Shown here: positions 22,027-31,700 of the stretch, piece by piece
Layout of the letters: the number at the start of each line of letters is the position of its first letter
Position numbering within the stretch: position 1 is the first letter of the stretch
Assembly: GCF_000400465.1 (NCBI RefSeq)
Contig: NW_008806285.1
Location: 240,001-272,000, forward strand
DNA length: 32,000 nt
Reading direction: 5' to 3'
Origin: Wallemia ichthyophaga EXF-994
Lineage: Eukaryota; Fungi; Basidiomycota
Made by a program: the position numbers and the translations under genes
Notes under the pieces: model-generated
Database searches by the model: none
Told to the model about the DNA's origin: nothing
What the model saw: only the letters and a program-made list of their open reading frames with translations

Positions 22027-23141
22027 ATGGGTGCCAACAAGATCGAGAAAGAGAACTACTTCAACCGTCTCCAAGAGCTCATTGAGACGTACCCATCCAT
22101 CTTCATTGTCAACATCGACAACGTGTCTTCCAACCAAATGCACCAGATCCGTCAAGCCCTCCGTGGCAAGGGTCAAGTGCTTATGGGTAAGAACACCATG
22201 GTCCGTAGAGCCTTGAAGATTTTCATCCAATCAAACCCACAATACGAGCGTCTTTTGACACACGTTAAGGGTAACATTGGTTACGTCTTCACCTCTGGCG
22301 ACTTAAAGGACATCAGGGACATCATTGTCGCCAACAAGGTCAGAGCCCCAGCCAGAGCTGGTCTCTACTCACCAGAAGATGTCTACATTCCTGCTGGTAA
22401 CACTGGTATGGAGCCAGGTAAGACTTCTTTCTTCCAAGCTCTCGGTGTCCCAACCAAGATTGCCCGTGGTACCATTGAAATCATCAGTGACATCAGAGTT
22501 GTTGAGAACAACACCCGTGTCGGTGCTTCTGAGGCTACTTTGCTCAACATGCTCAACATCTCTCCATTCACCTTCGGTATGACATGTGTGCAAGTTTACG
22601 ACAACGGTCAAATCTTCTCACCAACTGTTCTCGATGTCACTGAGGAGACTCTCATCGGCAGATTAATGACCGCTGGTAACCAAATCGCTGCCATCTCATT
22701 GGCCATCAACTACCCAACCTTGCCAGCAGCTATGCACTCGTTCATCAACTCATTCAAGAACATCATGGCTGTTTCTGTTGCAACTGACTACACTGTCAGC
22801 TACACTGAAAAGGTGAGTCTATTAAGCGCTCTATTCTTATGGCGGTCAGTTCTACGTGATGATTTCTTACTTATGTCAACACTGAAAATTCTTACACTGA
22901 AAAGTGGTGGTGAAAAACCAAGACGGGTCGCTGACTAGAACCCCGCCATGAGGAAGCGCGTGTGCTCATGCACTAACGCTAACACGATACACAGGTCAAG
23001 GACATGATCGCCAACCCAGATGCGTACGCTGCTGCTGCCCCAGCTGCTGCCACTGGTGGTGAAGCTGCCCCAGCTGCTGAGGAGAAGAAGGAGGAGGAAG
23101 AGGAAGAGGATGAAGACATGGGTCTCGGTCTCTTTGACTAA
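22027..23141 (+). CDS. RPP0: 60S acidic ribosomal protein P0 (uL10), 310 aa, 2 exons
   Basis: VLMGKNTM(V)[30 protein letters not shown]-terminal [13 protein letters not shown]; exons 22027-22812 and 22995-23141 with a 182-nt intron. Confidence 0.98.
22849..22941 (+). ncRNA. Intronic box C/D snoRNA in RPP0 with a guide complementary to 25S rRNA (U21/SNORD21-like antisense element)
   Basis: Box C GTGATGA 22856-22862, candidate D' CTGA 22882 or 22897, C' GTGGTGA 22907-22913, box D CTGA 22931-22934. Terminal stem GTTCTA/TAGAAC plus outer stem ATGGCGG/CCGCCAT. The 12-nt guide CAAGACGGGTCG (22919-22930) is antisense to LSU rRNA CGACCCGUCUUG. Confidence 0.9.
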
Positions 23142-23285
23142 ACTGTTTGAAGAGCGTTTATTGTACTATGAATGTTTTGCTGCAGTAATGAAAAGTGTGC
23201 CCGGTTTTTTTTGTGTGTCCTAAACGTTGTATTTGTTAACAATCGAATCTCCACATTGTGCTGCCCTTGCTCACTATCAATCAGG

Positions 23286-24101
23286 ATGCCCAACCCCACG
23301 CAACAATCGTACCGAATCAGAAACTGGGAAATAAAGACGCAAAAGTCGACGATACCTTCAATGCCCGAAAGCGACGCCTTGGCTGCTGAACTCGGGATCC
23401 CAATACCAGAGATGACATTCCTATCGAGTGGAGTGGAGGTGCTAGACACAGATAGCGGATTTAAGTTAAGTTTCAATGCGCGTGATGCACTACGTGGAGT
23501 GAGCAAACAGAATGAATTGAGGGTATCTTACGCCGATCACTGGCGAAGCAGTCGACAACCGCACGAAGCATCCACCATACAGCCTAGTCAGCCATGGGAC
23601 TGGACTTACAGTACGACATACAGCGGCAGCACAGAAAGTGAAAGAGCACACTGGCAGCCCATCCCCACCACTACACCAGTCATTCCCATCGATAAACTCA
23701 GTGACACCACCCAGCCTATCCTCTTCTACGACGATGTGCAACTTTACGAAGACGAACTAGGCGACAACGGTCAAGTAGGTCTTAATGTGAAAATACGCGT
23801 TATGCCTTTCGCTTGGTTCATCCTTCAGCGCTTCTTCCTCCGTGTGGATGACGTCCTCTTTCGCATGTACGACGTGCGCGTTTATCACGATTTCAGCGGC
23901 AATGTCGTCTCGCGTGAGTGTGCGGGCTGGGAGGCGGGTTGGGAGGCTATGAAGCAGTGTCTGCCCCCTCATACACCTAACATTCTTTCAGATGAACCTG
24001 TCATCCAGGCAACGCTGCGCACTATGGAGAAATACAACACGCATACTAATTGCACGCAATGGAAGGGACTGGGGTGTGTGAAGGAGGTGTGTGAGTTGTG
24101 A
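23286..24101 (+). CDS. TIP41: TIP41/TIPRL PP2A-family phosphatase regulator, intronless
   Basis: LGIPIPEMTF, FNARDAL, WDWTYSTTYSG, IPIDKL, PILFYDDVQLYEDELGDNG, VKIRVMP, RFFLRVDDVLFRMYDVRVY. Confidence 0.95.
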   Translation: MPNPTQQSYRIRNWEIKTQKSTIPSMPESDALAAELGIPIPEMTFLSSGVEVLDTDSGFKLSFNARDALRGVSKQNELRVSYADHWRSSRQPHEASTIQPSQPWDWTYSTTYSGSTESERAHWQPIPTTTPVIPIDKLSDTTQPILFYDDVQLYEDELGDNGQVGLNVKIRVMPFAWFILQRFFLRVDDVLFRMYDVRVYHDFSGNVVSRECAGWEAGWEAMKQCLPPHTPNILSDEPVIQATLRTMEKYNTHTNCTQWKGLGCVKEVCEL

Positions 24102-24254
24102 GTTGTGAGAGTTGAACGGTGATGGTATTCATGTTGATTGATTATGCGACTATTTAATACAAAGCTTGTAGAGCTTGAGTGTTTGTGGGTGTGTGAGGAG
24201 TGTTAGATGTGCAAGAGGTGTGCATACGCTTGTGTATTGCTTATAGATTTCACC

Positions 24255-25538
24255 CTACACCAACCCCTTTTCCTCAATCTTGGCAGCTGTAGCTTCGATC
24301 TGCGCCAGTGTGTTAGACAAGCACTCCATACCATAATACAATACGAAACCCACCAAAGAAGCGACCGATTTGATTTGTGCATCCCACCCATGTGTGTGTG
24401 GAGCATAAGCAGCTTCAAATTGTCTATCATCTTCCTGCGCAGCAGCCACATGCGCCGCACCACCCAAGTCGCCTTCGTGGGTAGCATGTGAAGGAGTGAA
24501 CACGATAACGGCATCGACCTGATCAATATAAGCTTCTAATCTCGACTGTACTATCATAGTGGATGCAATAGTTTCAGCACCGTAGGACGATAAATTGAGT
24601 AATGCACCTAGACGCGTGAAGGTGATGTTATCGAATATCTTACTAGCTGCCAACAAATTATGCTCAATCATCGCACGTTCGAGCACATTCGTAGGCGTAT
24701 GTTTTGCCCCTTGCTCGTCCACGTTATTGTGCGTGTAGCTGATCTGCGCTATTTGATGTGCAGATAGGTGTTCAGCAAAAGATGCTATGTCGTCTGCTGA
24801 TAAAATTCGCTCGAGGAATACCTTCTCGAGTATTATGTGGTGTTGTGTAGAACGACTCCTTTCGTCGCGGTAGAGTGATGCGAGGATGCGACTGCGTTTA
24901 GGACCAGCTGGTGCAAGTATAGCAGTAACTATCGCAGCCGAAAGAGAACTTAGTCTATCTTCATAATCGAGATCAGCTTCATAGCTCAGTTGCTGGAAGA
25001 TAGTGGCAGATCTTATAAAGTCGCGCTTGTAGTCGAGAATTCTAGCCTGACTCAGTTTGAAAGACAGGATAAGTGATTTATTCGTCGTGGTGTGTATCAC
25101 TGTCGCGGCCTTGTTGAGATAAGACTCGGAACTTATAGAGTCATCGACTTCCAAATACAGTCTGACAATCTTGATGTACGTGTCGAGCTTACTATCGATA
25201 CTCTCAAGTAAATCGAAGTTCAGCTTCGTTAATTCGTTCGCAGCGCTCGACAAATCGTCAGCGTTGAAGTACAAATCGGATGCTTGGATATGGAGCTGAT
25301 TGTTCAGATGATCGTAGAGGCTGTAATGGCTAAGAATATCACACGCAGAAGCGATATTCTTCACCAAGCCAGATTTGATGAGGTGCTCTGTACATTGTTC
25401 AACAACAGACTTCTTCTGAATGAGGTTGTAGTTTGAGCTGAGAATTGAGTTGAGCGTATCTGCGATGTTTCCATCCAACTGCTCAAATAGCAGAGTATAA
25501 TTTTTGGCGTCGATTATCTCCTCAATACTCGTCATCAT
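24255..25538 (-). CDS. CSN4: COP9 signalosome subunit 4 (PCI domain), ~409 aa, 2 exons
   Basis: KIVRLYLE.DD...ESYLNKA, QARILDYKR.F, APAGPKRSRILASLYRDER, LERAMIEHNLLAASKIFDNITF..LGALL, AETIASTMI...RL..IDQVD; 54-nt intron 24353-24300. Confidence 0.93.
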   Translation of the reverse strand: MMTSIEEIIDAKNYTLLFEQLDGNIADTLNSILSSNYNLIQKKSVVEQCTEHLIKSGLVKNIASACDILSHYSLYDHLNNQLHIQASDLYFNADDLSSAANELTKLNFDLLESIDSKLDTYIKIVRLYLEVDDSISSESYLNKAATVIHTTTNKSLILSFKLSQARILDYKRDFIRSATIFQQLSYEADLDYEDRLSSLSAAIVTAILAPAGPKRSRILASLYRDERSRSTQHHIILEKVFLERILSADDIASFAEHLSAHQIAQISYTHNNVDEQGAKHTPTNVLERAMIEHNLLAASKIFDNITFTRLGALLNLSSYGAETIASTMIVQSRLEAYIDQVDAVIVFTPSHATHEGDLGGAAHVAAAQEDDRQFEAAYAPHTHGWDAQIKSVASLVGFVLYYGMECLSNTLAQIEATAAKIEEKGLV

Positions 25539-25561
25539 CGGTAGACCTAGAGAGAGGGAAA

Positions 25562-26110
25562 ATGACTTCAATTCAGAAAGCAATGGGTCTTGAATTTTTG
25601 AAGTACAAGGTTAGTAACCTCGAAGGCAGCGTGGAGTACAAGCAGAGCGTCGTTGTCGATGTTACAGCGCTGTTATATGGGATAGAGGTGCTGAAGCGGT
25701 GGATACATGATAAAACCCATGTAATTATGATACCACTGCACGCAATAAACAGCCTGGATGTGTTCAAGGGGATGGGTGATGACGATATCCAGTACAGATC
25801 CCGCAATGCATCTGCGTTTATCGAAAAGGAGTTGAAGAAGCAGACGATAAAGCTGCAGGAGTCTATCCCACTCACCAGCAACCACTACACAAACATAATA
25901 AATTCACTTAAACTGACTTCAAACGCGTCCAAGCTGGTCGTCGTTGGTACTGGCGCGGACGTGGACAGACTCAATACAGATGAAATCACACAGCACACGC
26001 AGCAATCTGGCTACGACGTCGACTTGCTTTTGCCTGCAGAAATTGAAGATGCTGCACTGTGGTCAAAACAGAGGAAATTGAAATATTTGAATAAAAGTAA
26101 GAAGAAGTAA
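25562..26110 (+). CDS. Small PIN-domain protein (Smg5/6-Swt1-like PIN fold), 182 aa, probably degenerate active site
   Basis: VVVDVTALL (first PIN Asp), IMIPLHAINSLDVFK (VP..V..ELD.LK position), RSRNASAFIE helix; intronless ORF. Could instead start at the ATG at 25583. Confidence 0.6.
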   Translation: MTSIQKAMGLEFLKYKVSNLEGSVEYKQSVVVDVTALLYGIEVLKRWIHDKTHVIMIPLHAINSLDVFKGMGDDDIQYRSRNASAFIEKELKKQTIKLQESIPLTSNHYTNIINSLKLTSNASKLVVVGTGADVDRLNTDEITQHTQQSGYDVDLLLPAEIEDAALWSKQRKLKYLNKSKKK

Positions 26111-26237
26111 GAGGTTAGGGTCTGAGGACTACGAAACAAGATGAATGAGTGTCCATCCGCACTCAAGATAATCACACCACAGCCACAGCGCACACTTTTA
26201 GATTAGAGGAGATTGATCTTGTGTATATCAATTAAGT

Positions 26238-26465
26238 TTAAAATGCAGGCACCTTTAAATACGGTTAGAGCGTCTACAGCGCAGCTATCCAACTCACCAA
26301 CAAATCACCAGCGACTCTGATAAAACCAATTGATCCAATGAAGAAGGCTGATCCCCATACGATTGGCATGTTCTCTGGTGCGAAAGATGACTTCAAGTAC
26401 TTCCTGATAGTCGACTCATTGGTTGCTCCTTCGCTTGTCGTGAGGTAGGCTGGCTTGTCACTCAT
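26238..26465 (-). CDS. Tom6-like small mitochondrial outer-membrane translocase subunit, 60 aa, 2 exons
   Basis: Exons 26465-26298 and 26252-26238 (45-nt intron). MSDKPAYL...KSSFAPENMPIVWGSAFFIGSIGFIRVAGDLLVPAF*: size, tail-anchor TM and PEN..V / GDLLVP pattern resemble fungal Tom6. Confidence 0.6.
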
Positions 26466-26560
26466 TTTGCGTTCTGGGAAGACGGACAGGGACAAACAGA
26501 CATATTCAAGATAACCGACGTAACAAAATATTATGACAAAAATTTAACAACAAAAACATT

Positions 26561-27400
26561 TTACAGCTTTTGCATAGCAGCAATATCAGTGGATTGGACG
26601 TGGTCCTCATCTGCCTCGACTTGCTCTTGGAGTTCTTCCAAACCGACCTTCTCGTCCTCAACGACGAGAGTAACTTGCAACTTGTTTACACCGTATCCAA
26701 CTGGGACAAGCTTGGAGAGACCCCAGGTAAGTCCATCAATCTCAATTGATCTCATGTTCTCCTCCAATTTCTTCATGTCTGTCTCGTTGTCCCATGGCTT
26801 CACGTCGAAGGTAACGACAGACTTCTGCACGGTCTTTGGCTTCTTTGACTTCTTCTCGTTGTACATAGCAACTCTCTCTGACTTGATACGCTCAGCTTCT
26901 GGGTCCTCATCGTCGGAGCCGAAGAGGTCAACGTCATCGTCCTCCTCCTTGGACTCGGCAGCTGGTGCTGGTGCTGCTGGTGCGCTACCTGCTGGGGCTG
27001 AGCCGTACAAGGAAGCAGCGAAAGCGCCACCGCCAAGAACATCAAATTGGTCCTTGAAGGTGCTGATGTGGTTGAACCATCTGCTGACGTTCTGGTATTG
27101 AGCTGGAGCGCTGCCTACTTGCTTGTAGACAAAGACGTCAGCTTGGGATGGGTTGTGTCTGGGGCTTGTTAGACGGGTGTAACGTGTGTAAGAGCGTATC
27201 AAGACAACAGCACACAATGCTCAGTAGTATTGGATTGTTTATCTGCATAAAAAGCGGGGTCTTAATCCGCACTAGGAAACACGGACCAATAGTAGAATCA
27301 TCATGTTGTGTGCTGTATGCCACGCTCTCCAGTTCTCCACTTACGCATCAACGTATGAGTTGTTTTGGAGGTGTTGATCGAGCTGCTTCAAATCAACCAT
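26561..27400 (-). CDS. EFB1: Translation elongation factor 1-beta (eEF1B), 217 aa, 2 exons
   Basis: [69 protein letters not shown]; exons 27400-27345 and 27158-26561 with a 186-nt intron. Confidence 0.98.
27209..27314 (-). ncRNA. U18: U18 (SNORD18/snR18) box C/D snoRNA in the EF1-beta intron
   Basis: Minus strand: box C ATGATGA (27304-27298), guide GGTCCGTGTTTC (27287-27276) antisense to 25S GAAACACGGACC, degenerate D' (CCTA), C'-like ATGCAGA, box D CTGA (27224-27221), 9-bp terminal stem AGCACACAA/TTGTGTGCT. Confidence 0.93.
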
Positions 27401-27497
27401 CTTGTTATTTGTCTGAATGAAGAGAGAGAAGCCAGCGCAATCGCGAAGACTACATGTTGGAAAAATTTCTGCAAGAATTAAAAATCTTTTTTGTGAA

Positions 27498-28559
27498 ATG
27501 TTGAGCGAGAGTAGTGTAGCTTATAATAATAAGGTGTGTTTAATTCGTGCTTTCTGCCCAGCTAACGACGCAGCACTCGTTCGTCACTGGTGGCTCGCAA
27601 GGTCTAGGGATAGCGCTAGCCAGTGAGCTAGTGAATCGCGGGAGCAGTGTAACGATTTGTGCGCGCAACGAGTCCAAGCTTGCTGCCGCCGTTGCACAAA
27701 TCGAGGTGGGCAATGAGTGATGATATCGCGGGTGATATGCTCAACGCACAGCGCAGAAACACAGAAGCAATGACAATCAATTCATACACTACGTTTCTGC
27801 CGATCTGACAAAATATACGCAGGCTCTGCACGCTATAGAAAGAGCCACTGAGTTAGCATTAGCGACACAGAAGATGCCACCATCTCTCTTCTTCGCCTGC
27901 GCAGGATGCTCGACACCCGGCTGGTTTGCAGAGATGTCCATTGAGGAATTCGAGTGGGACATGCAGGCCAACTACTTCTCCGCATTGCATACTGCCAAGG
28001 TGGGAAGATTGCGTGGGTTTTGCTATATGCTTACAAGACGCAGGCAGCTACGCAGAATGTACTCCAGCATACCACACCACACGCACACATCACTCTTGTC
28101 TCTTCCGTGCTAGGTTTCCCGCTCGGGGTACCTGGATACTCGGCTTACACGCCCTCCAAACACGCCGTGCGTGGATTAGGAGATGCCCTGCGTACGGAAC
28201 TTCTTCTACATGATATAACCACACACGTTTACTTTCCTGGCACCATCTACTCCCCCGGCTACGAAAAGGAGAATCAGACAAAACCTGCGCTGACTAAAAA
28301 GATAGAGGGCGCTGCAGATGGACTGACGCCGGAGCAGTGTGCACGTGCGCTACTCAAAGGTATCGACAAGGGGGAGTACCAAATCACATCCGATTTCGTA
28401 GGCAGCCTGATCAAAAATCTTAGCAGAGGTGCTTCTCCTTCGAACAACCTGCTAATAGACACCCTGCTTTTTTTCGTAGCTGCAATTGCATTTCCCTTCT
28501 GGAGAATTTATATGGATTATTTGGTGAAAAAGGAGAGGAAAACTAAGACAGCTAAATAG
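27498..28559 (+). CDS. TSC10: 3-ketodihydrosphingosine reductase (SDR family), ~308 aa, 4 exons
   Basis: VTGGSQGLG cofactor motif, NYFSALHT, GYSAYTPSKHAVRGLGDALRTEL (YxxxK), FPGTIYSPGYEKENQTKP..TKKIEG, C-terminal TM; exons 27498-27533, 27574-27705, 27757-27999, 28044-28559. Confidence 0.9.
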
Positions 28560-28738
28560 AAAATTATCATTCATATCAAGTAAATAAGTAAGAAGTAGAC
28601 ATAATTTGTATATAATTCATTTAGTTTTCTTTTCATTAAATTAACGCTTTACGCTGAATGCGTTGCATATGTTGCATTTGCATCTGATCCACCTGATACA
28701 TCTCACCCACCTCGTCATCTATCTTCTCACACCCACTC

Positions 28739-31700
28739 TCATGCGAATGGATTTCCACAGTAGCACTTCAAGATGGGAGGTGAGGCTGAAAAGTCAGCAG
28801 TGACGATGATCTGTGGAATGTTAGGAAAGCACGACGCAACACATGTTAACCTACATCAACAGTCATGCTGTCCTTAATAGTCTGTATATACTTGCCATTC
28901 TCCACCCTGACGTTCTCATACTTCGGTTGGTAAGCAAGCTTCGACTTATTATGCTGAACCGTGTCCATGTCGTTATTCTTCTTGTTAACCATATCGTTAT
29001 CGTTATCGTTATCATTGTCCTCATCACTCTCATCACTGTCACTCTCATCAAACAGCGCCTGCTCATCCTGGGTAGATCTCGAAGTCATATGCGCTGGGGC
29101 GTGTTTCTGAGCAGCTTCTTGAATACACTGAAGATGGCCATCTGAGCTATTCTCAACCAACCACGATATAACATCGACGCCCTTCTTCCAATACAGATCG
29201 AGTGTCTTATGCTGCTCGCTATACTTGTGTTCGTTGACTGGTATCTGGTCGACGTGCACTCTCTTCTCGATGCCCATATCGTTGACGAGCACATCGAAAG
29301 CCCTATCGAGCACACCAATTACAGTCGCCTGTCTCACTACCGGTCCATATCTCTTTGTGAGATCTGAAATCAACAGACAGAGGTAGAGATGCTGCGAGCT
29401 CTCCTGCGCTTGTTTCGAAGCCTCCTTCTTGACATTGCACTGCTGTGCTGTCTTGGCTACAGTCTCCCTGTCCATCTGGAAGTTCTTCTCAGCTTCCTCT
29501 CCATACTCGAGAACTGTCTGCAGCTGGCGATGCACCACCACATCCGCATACCTTCTGATAGGCGATGTGAAGTGCGTGTAGAGAGGAACATTGAGTGCGT
29601 AGTGTCGGTACGAACTGATATCTATAGCTCCTGAGCAGAAGTACTTGGCTCTGCACATTCCCTTCACGGCCAATACTTGCAGCATCTTTCTCGCCTCCTC
29701 ATCCTCAACAGCAAGGAACGAACTCTGGAGTGCCTTGGACGAGGATACGTCAATGTCAAATCCTAACTCCTTCGCTCTCTCTTGGAATGCATCCAGTCTC
29801 TTCGGAATTGGATCTTCGTGACGTCTCAACAACGATTGCTCAGGTAAACTGGCTGCTATTTCTGACGCGACTGTGATATTCGTTATCAACATAAACTCCT
29901 CAATCAGGTTGTTCGCCTCTCTTGACTGATATGCCATGCAATCAATAGGCGTGCCATGCTCATCAAGCTGGAATGCTAACTTCATCGTCTGGATCTTAAG
30001 TGCTCCCTCATCGAATCTACGTTGGCGCATCTTCTGCGACAACTTGTATAGTATCTTTATATCTCCGCCAATCTCTTCACTAGTGTACTTGTCACTCTTT
30101 CTGCCCTCAACCACATCAAGTTGTCTACCCTCGATGATGTTCTGGGCATTGCCATACGACAATTGTGCGCAAGATTTGATTATCGTACGCCCAAACCATG
30201 TCTTAAGCACCTTGGCGTCTTTGTCCATAGTAAAGGTGACAGAGAAGGCTAGTCTTTCTCTGTCGGGAAGCAATGAACACAGGTCTGACGACAAGATCGA
30301 TGGTAACATTGGCAGAGCTTTTTGCACCAAATACACACTAGTTGCTCTCTTTCTAGCATCTTTATCCAGTGGCGAATTTGGTTTGATGAAGTAGCTAACG
30401 TCCGCAATTGAGACTGTTATATCATAAGTATCATCGCTATTGACTTTAACAGAGACAGCATCATCTAAATCTTTCGCAGTGTCTGGATCTATAGTAAAAG
30501 TCCTCTCATTTCTCATATCTCTCCTCTTTCCATACTCCTCTTGTGGAATGTGCCAAGGCAATGCAGGAAGACACCTGAGAGCAGAATCTGGGAAATCTTC
30601 AGAAGATGTTGCATTGGAGTCTTTCAATAATGCACTAGTCTCAACTTGGACGTCACCAATCGGTCCGAGCTTCTCAACCAATGTACCGAATGGATGCAAC
30701 GAAGTAATTGGCCAGCGCTTGATGCAAGAAACGAACAGTTGATTCTGATAATGCTCAGAATTACTCAAGAAATCTTTTGGAGCTTGTTCAGTTGGAATAG
30801 CAATAAGTGGCACTCTCTTATCAGTTGGCTTGAACCACACAATCTTTGGCCTCTGTGCTGGTTTTTCTTGTGCCTCTGGTATTCCACCTTCACGCTCACG
30901 TCTTTCAGCATCCTGTTTTTCTTTAGTGGCAGCTGAACTTGGTCTGAGTATACCAAGTGTACCTGAGAACAACTGTCCAGGCATGCGCTCAACAATCGCG
31001 ACAACGTGACCAGCATATTTAGGTTTCTGATCGTCGTTAACCTCCTCATCTGCAATCAAAAATAAACCCTGTCCTTCAACTTGCACATCATCTCTATTCT
31101 TGGCCTGCTGTTTAGTTTCAATTGAGGGATTGATTGCGCGCAATGCATCATACTGTGCATTTTCTTCTTTACGTCTCTTCTTATCCTCCTTCTCCTTCTT
31201 CGTACCCCAGACCTCATCGACATTTAGTAATTCGACTGCAACTATATCACCCTCTAATGCACGGTTACGATCTTTGCTACCACAGATATAGACATCGGCA
31301 TCCAAGACCTCGGTGGATATGTAGGCATCCGATCTATTGCGTTTGTTTACACGCAACATACCAACTACCAGCTTACCAGCAGTGAGGAGCGGAGGTAATG
31401 AAGCTTGTGGAAGGTATGGAGCAAATAGAGACTTGCGTTGAGGGCCCCCATGGTTGCTTGGTTGTTGGATTTGTAAATTGAACGCTTGTTGTTGCTGGAG
31501 AGCGTAGTTGATGCCGTTGTCAAATTTACCCATCTGATTGCCACCAAGTGCAGCAGACAAGGAAGCGGCAGCTACCATGTTTTGGAATGAATTAGGGAAT
31601 GCGAATGATTGGGCCCTGTTGTGACCACCTGCACCGACACCAACACGGAATTGAGCCAATGAAGCTAATTGAGATTGAGCTTGTGCAAGATCAGGTACTC

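Noticed and set aside
22863-22881. Possible second (D') guide in the RPP0 snoRNA against 25S UGUUGAC
   Set aside because: Only about 7 nt of complementarity that I can verify from memory, below the usual guide length; needs a snoscan/PLEXY search.
28990-29045. ATCGTT-type microsatellite
   Set aside because: It simply encodes the acidic DNDNDND low-complexity loop of the Dis3L2/Ssd1 protein.
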